Source of the DNA: a virus
Lineage: Duplodnaviria > Caudoviricetes
IMG/VR virus record: IMGVR_UViG_3300008113_000041
Location: 807-64,806 of that record
Strand: one strand, 5' to 3'
Length of the DNA stretch: 64,000 bases
Of the stretch, positions 49,403 through 58,547 are shown piece by piece; the stretch's first letter is position 1; every line of letters begins with the position of its first letter. The position numbers were made by a program, and so were the translations under genes. The notes beneath the pieces were generated by a model. It was not told the DNA's origin and searched no databases. It saw only the letters and a program-made list of their open reading frames with translations.

Positions 49403-49849
49403 ATGAAGGAAAATATTGCAAAGATGTGGGTTAAGGCTCTTCGTAGTGGTGAGTACAAGCAAGTTAAGAACACCCTTTGTGGTGTTCGTAAGGATGGTGA
49501 TGTTGGCTTCTGTTGTCTTGGTGTTCTTACCGATCTTTATATGAAGGATCGTAAGGCTAAGAAGAAGGGTTGTGAATTTGATCTTGTTAGACTTGAACCT
49601 TGTTATGATAGCCTTACTGAATCTACTCCTCTTTGGGAAGCCGATGGTTGTAATGGTCAACTTCCTCTTGCTGTTGCTAAGTGGGCTGGGTTTAATGTGG
49701 ATAAGCATAATTGGGAAACTGGAGATTATGGAGATGATAACGATATTGATCTTGCATCTCTAAATGATGGATGTAAAACTAAGAAGGTGAATCCTCGTAA
49801 TTTTAAGCAGATTGCTAGCACGATTGAGAAGAACTGGGAAAACATTTAA
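49403..49849 (+). CDS. hypothetical protein, paralogue A
   Basis: WVKALRSGEYKQ..FCCLGVL..LNDG..F..IA..IE. Confidence 0.85.
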   Translation: MKENIAKMWVKALRSGEYKQVKNTLCGVRKDGDVGFCCLGVLTDLYMKDRKAKKKGCEFDLVRLEPCYDSLTESTPLWEADGCNGQLPLAVAKWAGFNVDKHNWETGDYGDDNDIDLASLNDGCKTKKVNPRNFKQIASTIEKNWENI

Positions 49850-49881
49850 CTAAGTACCCTAGTCTACAAGACTAGGGGAAT

Positions 49882-49954
49882 GGTCTTCTAGCTCAATTGG
49901 TAGAGCAGCGGACTTTTAATCCGCTGGTTGTGGGTTCAAGTCCCACGGGGACCA
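49882..49954 (+). tRNA. tRNA-Lys(UUU)
   Basis: GGTCTTC/GGGGACC, GCGGA-CTTTTAA-TCCGC, GTGGG-TTCAAGT-CCCAC. Confidence 0.95.
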
Positions 49955-49972
49955 CTTAATAAAGGAGATTAT

Positions 49973-50410
49973 ATGAAAAAGAATATCATGGAAAAGTGGG
50001 TAAAGGCTCTGCGTTCTGGTGACTATAAGCAAGGTAAGGGTTATTTGAATCGGTGTAATGATACTTTTTGTTGTCTTGGTGTTCTTTGTGAACTCTATAA
50101 TAACCATCTTATCTGGAGTGATCAAGAAGGAATTAAGCGTAGACATGCATGGGATCATTGGTATAAGTATGATGAACAAGATGGTAGTCTTCCTAAGTGC
50201 GTAATGGAATGGGCTGGTATTTCAAGTTCTTATGGTGACTTTAACAACAATCAATATCTATTTGAAGATATGAATAAAGAAGAGCATCTGTCTTCATTGG
50301 CTCAACTTAATGATGGTGCTGATCCACACAATGTTTTTGTAACTACGGGAAAGCCAAAAACATTTAATGAAATTGCTGATATTATTGAGTCTAATTATAG
50401 TAGACTCTAG
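49973..50410 (+). CDS. hypothetical protein, paralogue B
   Basis: WVKALRSGDYKQ..FCCLGVL..LNDG..F..IA..IE. Confidence 0.85.
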   Translation: MKKNIMEKWVKALRSGDYKQGKGYLNRCNDTFCCLGVLCELYNNHLIWSDQEGIKRRHAWDHWYKYDEQDGSLPKCVMEWAGISSSYGDFNNNQYLFEDMNKEEHLSSLAQLNDGADPHNVFVTTGKPKTFNEIADIIESNYSRL

Positions 50411-50416
50411 TTAATA

Positions 50417-50505
50417 GGGGATACAGCCATGTAGGAAATGGCAGATACGACAAGTTTCGTACTAGCGTAAAAGCTAGAAACTCAGTGCAAATCTGAGTAT
50501 CCCGC
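50417..50505 (+). ncRNA. tRNA-like RNA without a canonical anticodon loop
   Basis: Five-arm cloverleaf; see findings. Confidence 0.65.
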
Positions 50506-50515
50506 TTATATTTAT

Positions 50516-50589
50516 ATCCCTGTAGCTCAGTTGGATAGAGCAACAGCCTTCTAAGCTGTGGGTCAATGGTTCAAATCCATTCAGGGATG
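50516..50589 (+). tRNA. tRNA-Arg(UCU)
   Basis: ATCCCTG/CAGGGAT, ACAGC-CTTCTAA-GCTGT, AATGG-TTCAAAT-CCATT. Confidence 0.95.
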
Positions 50590-50594
50590 TTCAT

Positions 50595-50665
50595 TCTTTG
50601 GTGATGTAATAGTAGCATGGTAGGCTTTGAACCTACTCGTTTTGGTGCGAATCCAAACCAAAGAG
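50595..50665 (+). tRNA. tRNA-Gln(UUG)
   Basis: TCTTTGG/CCAAAGA, GTAGG-CTTTGAA-CCTAC, TTTGG-TGCGAAT-CCAAA (non-canonical T loop). Confidence 0.8.
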
Positions 50666-50682
50666 TTAGAAAGGAGAGTGCT

Positions 50683-51009
50683 ATGTCTATTGAATTTGAT
50701 TTTGAGTTTGAATCGGAAGACTTTGAAGGCGGTTGTTACTTTGGTTGCGCTACTGTAGAAGGAGATGTTAATCGTGATTATCTTGTTGATGATCGTGGTA
50801 GTTATGGTTTTTTAGACGCAACACTCAGTGATTTTGTTATTGTTGAGGCTTTTGATGTTGATGAGTTTGGAGAAGAAAAGCAGGTTGTAGATAAGGATCT
50901 TCTGCATAGACTTGCAGAACATCTTTATTACAAGTATGAAACCCGCCTTTCGGAAACTCTCATGGAAGAATATGATAATAGAGCAGATGATTATTACGAG
51001 GAGGATTAA
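50683..51009 (+). CDS. highly acidic protein
   Basis: AGAAAGGAG RBS; Asp/Glu-rich throughout. Confidence 0.75.
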   Translation: MSIEFDFEFESEDFEGGCYFGCATVEGDVNRDYLVDDRGSYGFLDATLSDFVIVEAFDVDEFGEEKQVVDKDLLHRLAEHLYYKYETRLSETLMEEYDNRADDYYEED

Positions 51010-51297
51010 TGGAACTTATTTTTAGTTTTGTTTTAGGTGTAGTCTTTACAATCTTTTTAAATACTTATTACCTTAAGTATTTTATTTACCTTAATCGAAA
51101 GGAGACTAAGTGCTGTGAACGACGAAAGGAATATGGAGTCATCGGATACGGAGCGGGATCAAACGAATCCCAAAGAGAAGCCTTATAAGAATAAGCCAAA
51201 GAAGTCTAGGCTCCAAGAATGGAATAGATCAAGAGTAAAGCATAACGATAGAAATGGTCGTTGGGATTCAGAAGAAGATTAACAAAGGAGATTAACT

Positions 51298-52296
51298 ATG
51301 GCAGCAGAGATTTATGAAGATGATGGTGCTGTGTTTGCTCAGTCTACTTGGCATGGTCTTGGTAAGTATGTTGGTGATGCGCTTGAACCTAATGAGGCTA
51401 TGCGTATTGCTGGTCTTGATTGGACTGTAGCAAAGGTTCCTGTGTATGCTTCTTACAATAACAATAGTATCTATGATGCTGACTATGCCGCTATTGTACG
51501 AGAAGATAACCAGAAGATTCTTAGTATTCAGTCTTCTGATTATCAGCTTGTACAGAATAGTGAGGTGTTTGATCTTGCTTATGCTCTTAGTGATACGGTA
51601 AAGGTTGAGTCGGCTTTTAGTATGAACAATGGGCGAAAGCTTGTCGTTCTTCTTAAGGCTGGTTCCTTTATCTCTGCTCAGGGTAGTGATGATCAGATTG
51701 ATGAATATATGTGTATGTGTAGTTCTCACGATGGTACTATTGCACTTGGTGGTTTTGGTACCAGCATTCGTGTTGTTTGTTCTAATACTTTGAGCATGGC
51801 TTTTGCTGATAGAGCAAAGAAGAAGAAGCAAATGTATCGTGTTACCCATACTGGTAACATGGAAGATAAGCTTGACTCTATGCGTAAGGCTTTGGCTCAG
51901 TATGCAAAGACGGCTAAGTTCTTTGAGGAGTCTGTTCAGACTCTGAGTTCTAGAACCATGACTCAGGATGATATCCAGCGGTTCTGGCTTGATGTTTGGG
52001 GTATTATGGAAGAGCCTGTTGTTTCTAATCCACAGACTGATGATGAGAGTCGTAACTATCGTGAGGCTGTTGCTGCTATCTCAACTTGGTCTGAAACCTT
52101 TGATCAGGAGCGTAAGGATCTGAACCTTACGCCAAATCTGTGGGTTGCTGCTAATGCAGCGACTAAGTGGTTGCAGCATAAGAATCCTGCGCGTGGTCGT
52201 AAGCCTAGTGCGGAAAGTCGAGCATATAATAATATCCTTGGTAAGCAACAGGATACAACCCTTGCTATCATGGGTTATGCATTAGAGCTTGTTTGA
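51298..52296 (+). CDS. DUF932-family protein
   Basis: WHGLG, AGLDW.V, YQLVQN, SSHDG, IRVVCSNTL, HTG motifs. Confidence 0.88.
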   Translation: MAAEIYEDDGAVFAQSTWHGLGKYVGDALEPNEAMRIAGLDWTVAKVPVYASYNNNSIYDADYAAIVREDNQKILSIQSSDYQLVQNSEVFDLAYALSDTVKVESAFSMNNGRKLVVLLKAGSFISAQGSDDQIDEYMCMCSSHDGTIALGGFGTSIRVVCSNTLSMAFADRAKKKKQMYRVTHTGNMEDKLDSMRKALAQYAKTAKFFEESVQTLSSRTMTQDDIQRFWLDVWGIMEEPVVSNPQTDDESRNYREAVAAISTWSETFDQERKDLNLTPNLWVAANAATKWLQHKNPARGRKPSAESRAYNNILGKQQDTTLAIMGYALELV

Positions 52297-52330
52297 AAGA
52301 AAGATTAACTTAGTTCATTGGAGGTCTATC

Positions 52331-54796
52331 TTGTTAATCAACTGGAATAATTTATCTAAAGAGGAACAAGAAAGACGAAAGAATCTTCAAGTAACTCTTG
52401 AAGAAGATATGCTTGTTGCTAGTGAACAAAAGTATTGGGATGTCTATGATGTTCACCCTGATGAGGGGATTCCAGAACAGGAACTACTTAATAAGTGTGT
52501 CTTGTATCTGGAACCCTCTTATCAGGAGTGGATTGATACAGTATCTAAATCCAAGAGAACACCAGATTGGGCTTATCCTTTGTTTGCTTTAGGCGCAAAG
52601 AAGATGGCTGATGTTACTCTGCGTGTCATTATGATTGAGTGGTTTGGATCTAATGTTTGGACTAGAGATCTTGATTTAAAAGAGTTGCCATTACCTTCTG
52701 CACAACACATTGCTTTAGAGATAGCCAATATGACTATTGATATTATTGGTTATAATAAAGCAAGGATTGATTTTAAAAAGGACTGGCTAACTCAATCTCA
52801 GTATCTAAAAGCATGGACACCTAAACGATGTACTGCGTTTGCTAAGAAGATGGGATGTTTAGATAGATCAAAGTTTTCTAGAAAACAAAAGGAAGACTTT
52901 GGTCATCATATGTTGCGTATTGCAGAAACAAGCGGTGTTATTGAACTTCGTAATATTCGTACATATAATAACAAAGGGTGGCGTGAAAAAGTATTAGTTG
53001 GTTTTAGTGATACTATCTTGCAAGAGCTTAATCAGGCTCACTCTGATATGATTACACAAGCCGCTATGATTTATAGACCAATGATTGTTCCTCCTATTAA
53101 GCATTCCGTTGATGCTTCTGGTGGACATCTTTTGTCTTATGTTAGAAAACCTGTTGTTCAACGCTTTAGGGATGTGTTTGAAGATGAAGAACAAACAAAA
53201 AAACAAAAGGGTTCAGTCCCTAGTAATATTGTTGTTGACGGTCTTAATTCTCTTATGCACACAGAGTGGGCAATAAATCCACATGTGTATAATATAATGG
53301 AGACTTTGTTTAAAAACAACACTAGAGAAGGTAACCTACCAGCTTATGATTTTAACGCTTTTGATTTCTCAGAACCATATCCAGAGAATGGAACTAAAGA
53401 AGAAAAGATTTTCTGGAAGTCAAGAAAAGAAGAAGCATATGCAGCTTGGTATAAGGAAGAACATCTTAGATCTAGAATGCTTGTTCGTATGCGACTAGCA
53501 AAAGACTTACTTAAGTACAAGTTCTTTTACCATGTGTATACTTGTGACTTTAGAGGTCGGGCTTATACGGCTTGTGAACTTTTAAGTCCACAATCTTGTG
53601 ACTTTGATAAGGCTTTGATTTATTTTGCAACGCCAATTAAACAAACAGATAGTGGAAGGTATTGGTTAAAGGTACACATTGCAAATCTTTTTGATCAAGA
53701 TAAGATTTCTTTTAAGGATCGTATTAAATGGGTAGATGATAATATGGAAATGTTACGGGCTATCTATGATAATCCTTATGATACAAGAAGATTCTGGTGT
53801 TCGGATAAGAAGAAAAAGAATACTACATTTCAGCGGATTGCTGCCATCTATGAGTTGTTTAGAACAGATGGCATGACTCAGTTACCTGTACAAATGGATG
53901 GGTCTTGTAATGGTATTCAGCATTGGGCTGCTATTATGAAAGACGAAGCCATTGGTAAGATGGTTAATTTATTTGATTCAGGCGAACCCCAAGATGTTTA
54001 TTCTTTTGTAGCAGATCGTTGTACTAATATGATGAAAGAAGAAGCAAAAGAAAACCAATGGTGTAATATATTTCTTGACCATTGGGAGGGAGAGATTGGA
54101 CGATCTGTTGTTAAGCGTGCTGTAATGACTGATCCATATGGTGTTACTTTCTACGGGATTCGTAAGTATTGTCGTAGTGATGGACACTTAGATTGGGTAG
54201 CTAAAGAAAACCTTAGTGCTGCTGTAATGGAGTTGGCTACTTACATTGACCAGTCTTTGCGTGGTTGTTTAGAATCAGCAAATGAAGGAAAGAAATGGTT
54301 AAAAGAAGTGGCTGATATTGCAAGCAATCTAGCAAAGAATCTTGAGTGGACTACTCCTTGTGGATTTAGGGTTGTTCATCAGTACCATGAAATAGAAACA
54401 AGAAGAAGCGTTGCCAAGTTATTTAACATGAAAGAACTACACTTTGGTAACGCAAATATTAAAACAATAGATTCAGAATCTGTAAATAATGCTGTTGCTC
54501 CTAACTATATTCATAGTTTAGACGCTTCTCATATGTGGTCTGTAATCTATTCTCTGATAAGTAAAAACATTTTAGAGTTATCTTTTGTACACGATAGTTA
54601 CGGAACATACGCTCCTTATGTAGAAACATTACGAGTAGTAACAACAGAAGAGTTTTTTAATATACACAAACACAATCAACTTGCCTTGTTAAAGGAAAGT
54701 CTTGAGTCTTTATTGTGTGTTGAACTACCGCAACTACCAAATACAGGAACTCTTGAAATAGAAAAAGTAAAGGAGTCTCCTTATTTCTTCCAATGA
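52331..54796 (+). CDS. single-subunit DNA-dependent RNA polymerase (T7 gp1-like)
   Basis: DFRGRAY, DGSCNGIQH, RSVVKRAVMT.PYG, APNYIHSLDASH, VHDSY; TTG start after GGAGG (start uncertain). Confidence 0.97.
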   Translation: MLINWNNLSKEEQERRKNLQVTLEEDMLVASEQKYWDVYDVHPDEGIPEQELLNKCVLYLEPSYQEWIDTVSKSKRTPDWAYPLFALGAKKMADVTLRVIMIEWFGSNVWTRDLDLKELPLPSAQHIALEIANMTIDIIGYNKARIDFKKDWLTQSQYLKAWTPKRCTAFAKKMGCLDRSKFSRKQKEDFGHHMLRIAETSGVIELRNIRTYNNKGWREKVLVGFSDTILQELNQAHSDMITQAAMIYRPMIVPPIKHSVDASGGHLLSYVRKPVVQRFRDVFEDEEQTKKQKGSVPSNIVVDGLNSLMHTEWAINPHVYNIMETLFKNNTREGNLPAYDFNAFDFSEPYPENGTKEEKIFWKSRKEEAYAAWYKEEHLRSRMLVRMRLAKDLLKYKFFYHVYTCDFRGRAYTACELLSPQSCDFDKALIYFATPIKQTDSGRYWLKVHIANLFDQDKISFKDRIKWVDDNMEMLRAIYDNPYDTRRFWCSDKKKKNTTFQRIAAIYELFRTDGMTQLPVQMDGSCNGIQHWAAIMKDEAIGKMVNLFDSGEPQDVYSFVADRCTNMMKEEAKENQWCNIFLDHWEGEIGRSVVKRAVMTDPYGVTFYGIRKYCRSDGHLDWVAKENLSAAVMELATYIDQSLRGCLESANEGKKWLKEVADIASNLAKNLEWTTPCGFRVVHQYHEIETRRSVAKLFNMKELHFGNANIKTIDSESVNNAVAPNYIHSLDASHMWSVIYSLISKNILELSFVHDSYGTYAPYVETLRVVTTEEFFNIHKHNQLALLKESLESLLCVELPQLPNTGTLEIEKVKESPYFFQ

Positions 54797-54824
54797 TATA
54801 CTTTACATAAGTAACGAAGGACAA

Positions 54825-55052
54825 ATGGAAGAAGGTATTGAAATACTTATTAAACTTTTAAAATCGAAAAAGAAAAAGAAAGAACTAACTATTTTTGTAC
54901 CTACCATAAAGTTTGCAAATCTCTTTGTTGAGAATGCAGAAAGAGAACTGGATCTACAAGACATAAAAACTTTTGATCCACGGGTTGATTTAAATATTTT
55001 TGTAGGAGCTGATGATAATGACAAAGGTAAAGAGAAAAAAGATAGAACTTAA
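54825..55052 (+). CDS. hypothetical protein
   Basis: ORF after RNAP; start uncertain. Confidence 0.5.
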   Translation: MEEGIEILIKLLKSKKKKKELTIFVPTIKFANLFVENAERELDLQDIKTFDPRVDLNIFVGADDNDKGKEKKDRT

Positions 55053-55245
55053 TGGGCGTTTTTATAGGGCTGCTGAAGACACAACTTTAAATAAGTATCA
55101 AGTCATGCATATGTCTGGATACTTTGATGTCAATGCGCCTATTCCACAAGAGGATGGAGGAGAACCATTGCCTCCGCTAAGTCAACAATGGAAAGAAGAT
55201 ATGCAAAGGAGATTTAATGTCAAGAACCGTTCTCGTAATCGGTGA
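55012..55245 (+). CDS. hypothetical protein
   Basis: AGGAG RBS nearby; overlaps next gene. Confidence 0.55.
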   Translation: MIMTKVKRKKIELNGRFYRAAEDTTLNKYQVMHMSGYFDVNAPIPQEDGGEPLPPLSQQWKEDMQRRFNVKNRSRNR

Positions 55246-55879
55246 TACCCATTTTCCTGCGGTACACCCTGACTATTTAGAGTTTGTAAAAAAGATACGC
55301 TTTAAGTATAAATGTGATGAGGTTGTACATATTGGTGATATTGTAGATCACCATTGTATTTCGTTTCATAAGAAGCACCCAGAACATCCTGCTGCTATGG
55401 ATGAGTTTAAGGCAGCAACTAAATGTATTAAGAAGTGGTATGCAGCTTTTCCTCATATGCGTATTTGTATTGGTAATCACGATGAGCGTGTTGCTAGACT
55501 TGCTGCTGATGCTGGTATTCCTGATGTGTATTTGAAGAATTGGAATGAGTTGTACGACACACCTAATTGGTCGTGGGATTGGGGACACACCATTGATGAT
55601 GTCTTTTATACACACGGTACTGGTTGCTCATCTTTATATCCTGCTTTTAATGCAGCAAAGATGAGAGCAATGTCTGTAGTTATGGGACACACTCATAGTG
55701 TTGCTGGTATCAATTGGGTTGTTGGTCCTAATACTAGATTCTTTGGTATGAATGTAGGATCTGGTGTGGATAGAAACCATCTTGCTATGCGGTATGGTTC
55801 TAACTATCTTAAGAAACCAATCCTTAGTTGTGGTGTTGTAAAAGATGGTCATCCTTATTTGGAGTTAATGAATCTATGA
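55217..55879 (+). CDS. calcineurin-like metallophosphoesterase
   Basis: GDTH, GDIVD, GNHD, THG, GHTH. Confidence 0.92.
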   Translation: MSRTVLVIGDTHFPAVHPDYLEFVKKIRFKYKCDEVVHIGDIVDHHCISFHKKHPEHPAAMDEFKAATKCIKKWYAAFPHMRICIGNHDERVARLAADAGIPDVYLKNWNELYDTPNWSWDWGHTIDDVFYTHGTGCSSLYPAFNAAKMRAMSVVMGHTHSVAGINWVVGPNTRFFGMNVGSGVDRNHLAMRYGSNYLKKPILSCGVVKDGHPYLELMNL

Positions 55880-56133
55880 TTCTAAAAGAACACATTATTA
55901 AAACAACAACAGCTAACTTTGATATTCGCATTTGGCGCGAGTTTAGCGACACATATCAAACAAATGATGAACTATTAAACTTTGTTAAAACTTATTGGAA
56001 GTGCGAAGATGGGGAAGAATTAGCCGAAGCAATTCTAAATCAGTCCCATGTTAATGCTGTCGAAGTTGTTCCAAATTGGTTTAAGCATAACGCAGTCGCT
56101 GTTGGCTGCGTCTTTTACAAAGATTGGCCGTAA
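55876..56133 (+). CDS. hypothetical protein
   Basis: ATGA overlap with upstream stop. Confidence 0.6.
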   Translation: MILKEHIIKTTTANFDIRIWREFSDTYQTNDELLNFVKTYWKCEDGEELAEAILNQSHVNAVEVVPNWFKHNAVAVGCVFYKDWP

Positions 56134-56140
56134 CCTAGAG

Positions 56141-56153
56141 TTGGGGCTATAGA
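56141..56153 (+). promoter_or_regulatory. putative phage RNAP promoter upstream of replication genes
   Basis: Exact TTGGGGCTATAGA, intergenic. Confidence 0.8.
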
Positions 56154-56183
56154 TGATTTCACATCAGAAAGGAGAAATTAAAC

Positions 56184-56363
56184 ATGACAGAAACTAAAGG
56201 TACAATTATTGTTGAAGGTAATGAAGTAAAGAATTATATGATTAGAGTACGAGATTATATTCAGGCTCTAGTCGCAGATCTTGATAACAATATTAATGAT
56301 CTTGATAAGAAGATCGAAGAAGCAAATAAGGAAGTTTCACAAGGAGATTCAAATAATGGCTGA
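56184..56363 (+). CDS. hypothetical coiled-coil protein, 59 aa (not in ORF track)
   Basis: AGAAAGGAG RBS; MTETKGTIIVEGNEVKNY... Confidence 0.7.
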   Translation: MTETKGTIIVEGNEVKNYMIRVRDYIQALVADLDNNINDLDKKIEEANKEVSQGDSNNG

Positions 56364-56862
56364 TAAGATTCCAGGTTTTATTACTGAAGTTATTGATTGT
56401 CGTTGGTCAAATCTTTCTAAACCAGATATTGAGTTTGGTGAGGCATCGGCTAATCATAACATTACAGTGGTTGTTGATGCTTCTCTTGACAAGAAGCTTA
56501 AGGAAATCCTTAAGAAGTCTGGCGCAAAGAAGATCAACGGTCTTAAGGAAAAGGATGGTGTGGTCACTCTTAAGGCAAAGACCAAGAGCCATTTAGAGAA
56601 GGGTGCCTTTCCCTGTTTTGACTCACAAGCCAAGCCTAGCGAGGTGGTGGCTATGGGTGGGGACAAGGTTAAGCTGCGTCTACAGCCCGTTGTACTGTCT
56701 AGGGACAAGTCCCTGAGCCTGTACCTTAACGGTGTACAGATCATCCAAAAGGGAGAGCGTAGCGGTTCTTCTAGTGGTGGGTTTACTTCAGTTGAAGGTG
56801 GTTTTGTATCACAACAAAGCAAACCAGAAGTACCTACTACGGATGAAGATCTTCCGTTTTGA
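56356..56862 (+). CDS. single-stranded DNA-binding protein (gp2.5-like)
   Basis: W..L.KPD..F, GG.KVKL, SLYLNGVQII, acidic tail DEDLPF. Confidence 0.85.
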   Translation: MADKIPGFITEVIDCRWSNLSKPDIEFGEASANHNITVVVDASLDKKLKEILKKSGAKKINGLKEKDGVVTLKAKTKSHLEKGAFPCFDSQAKPSEVVAMGGDKVKLRLQPVVLSRDKSLSLYLNGVQIIQKGERSGSSSGGFTSVEGGFVSQQSKPEVPTTDEDLPF

Positions 56863-57239
56863 ATTGGAAGTTTGATATCCCGCCTGTTGCCGCAAGCAGA
56901 CCGAGAGTAGGCAAATGGGGTGCTTATTATTCTGGTCCCTATAGGGATTTCAGAGAACAAGCAAGGGATAAAGTTATGGATATTCTAGGATCTGAATTCA
57001 AACCGCTACAAGGTCCACTTGCTGTTGTCATAGAGTTATATGTAACTCGACCAAAGACAACCAAACTAGATTATCCAAAGCCTGACATAGACAACTATGC
57101 CAAGGCTGTGTTAGATGTGTTGAATGGGTTAATGTGGGAAGACGATTCCCAAATCATCTCTGTGTATGTCACTAAACAGTGGGCAGAGGAAGAAGAAGAA
57201 GGTTATTTTACAATTGAGGTTAACAATGAGCAACTATAA
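56859..57239 (+). CDS. rusA: RusA-family Holliday junction resolvase
   Basis: RPR, KPDIDNYAKAVLDVLNG..WEDDSQI. Confidence 0.92.
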   Translation: MNWKFDIPPVAASRPRVGKWGAYYSGPYRDFREQARDKVMDILGSEFKPLQGPLAVVIELYVTRPKTTKLDYPKPDIDNYAKAVLDVLNGLMWEDDSQIISVYVTKQWAEEEEEGYFTIEVNNEQL

Positions 57240-57429
57240 GCCAGGTATGTATTATGTCATGGGTCGTAAGGATCGTTACAACGGCGTAGGTATGGATGGT
57301 AGTGTACCAGAACAACATGTTCCAGAGTATACTACTGGATATACTGATGCTGAAAATGAGATCGTATGGAATACTCGCGTGATGGAAAAGGTTCGTCCTT
57401 TCTACAAGACACCCAAGGATTCTAACTAA
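57226..57429 (+). CDS. hypothetical protein
   Basis: GAGG RBS. Confidence 0.6.
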   Translation: MSNYKPGMYYVMGRKDRYNGVGMDGSVPEQHVPEYTTGYTDAENEIVWNTRVMEKVRPFYKTPKDSN

Positions 57430-57480
57430 TTACCCCTAAGATAGTATCTTAGGGTCTATCCTAGTATATCTAGGATATCT

Positions 57481-57517
57481 GCCACTCATAGTAGAAATGC
57501 TATGGGTGGTTTTTTTC
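57481..57517 (+). terminator. intrinsic terminator (third of three tandem hairpins)
   Basis: GCCACTCATAGTA-GAAA-TGCTATGGGTGGT then T-run. Confidence 0.8.
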
Positions 57518-57529
57518 CAAGGAGGTTCT

Positions 57530-58192
57530 ATGTATTATTTTGGTAATGAAGAAACTTTAGTTCAGTATGTAGATCATATGGGTGATGATGATGCTGTTTG
57601 TGATGCAGCAAGAGTGAGCATGAATAAGTCCTCAGATCTTTTTACTGTTGGACAAAATGAAAAGCTTATTAACTACTTAGCAAAGCACAATCACTGGAGT
57701 CCTTTTAGTCATTGTCAAATTAAGATGCGCTTTAAAGCACCTATCTTTGTGGCACGACAACTACAGAAACATCAAGTTGGTTTTGCTTGGAATGAAGTAT
57801 CTCGTCGTTATGTAAATGTTTCTCCTGATTTTTGGCTTCCTTTTGAACTTCGTCAAAAAGCAGAGAACATTAAACAGGGATCATCTAATGTAATCCATCC
57901 AGATACAGAATTGTTTAAACTAGAAATAGATGATCTTACTCATAGAGCTTCACTTCTCTATGAAGATATGATTAGACGCGGCATCTGTGCAGAACAAGCA
58001 CGAATGGTTTTACCACAAAATATGATGACTGAGTGGATTTGGACAGGTAGTCTCTATGCGTGGAATCGAATGTATAAACTTCGATCAGATCCTCATGCTC
58101 AATTTGAGTGTCGTATCTATGCTGATCTTGTAAATAAAATTTGTTCTAGTCACTTCCCGATTAGTTGGAGAGCCTTGAATGAAGTTGGATAA
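57530..58192 (+). CDS. thyX: FAD-dependent thymidylate synthase
   Basis: AARVS, HWSPF, RQLQKHQVG..NEVSRRY, EQARMVLPQ, HAQ.E. Confidence 0.95.
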   Translation: MYYFGNEETLVQYVDHMGDDDAVCDAARVSMNKSSDLFTVGQNEKLINYLAKHNHWSPFSHCQIKMRFKAPIFVARQLQKHQVGFAWNEVSRRYVNVSPDFWLPFELRQKAENIKQGSSNVIHPDTELFKLEIDDLTHRASLLYEDMIRRGICAEQARMVLPQNMMTEWIWTGSLYAWNRMYKLRSDPHAQFECRIYADLVNKICSSHFPISWRALNEVG

Positions 58193-58547
58193 CCGTTGGA
58201 TTAATATAGCCCAGAAGATTGCGACTAATGTTGTAAGAGAAAAAGCACATATCAGTCTTATTCTAAGAAAGAACGAACTATTGGCTATTGGTAACAACGA
58301 ATGGAAGACCCACCCAAAGGCAGTTGAATTGGGTTATAAGTATCCGTGGCTTCATTCAGAACTAGATGCTTATACAAAGCTGAAGAATAAGAACTTAGAT
58401 AAATTGATACTAGTAAATCTTAGGTTTTCTAAGACTGGTAAATTAGGTATGGCAAAGCCGTGTAAGTATTGTATGCCTTGGTGTGAACAAATCTTTAATA
58501 CTATCATATACTCAAATGAAAACGGAACTATCGACATTTATAGGTAA
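58179..58547 (+). CDS. cytidine/dCMP deaminase-fold protein
   Basis: HSE and PCKYC zinc motifs. Confidence 0.75.
   Translation: MKLDNRWINIAQKIATNVVREKAHISLILRKNELLAIGNNEWKTHPKAVELGYKYPWLHSELDAYTKLKNKNLDKLILVNLRFSKTGKLGMAKPCKYCMPWCEQIFNTIIYSNENGTIDIYR

Noticed and set aside
46712-50682. Track ORF starts at 46712, 49928 and 50617
   Set aside because: They begin inside tRNA genes; downstream ATGs were used instead
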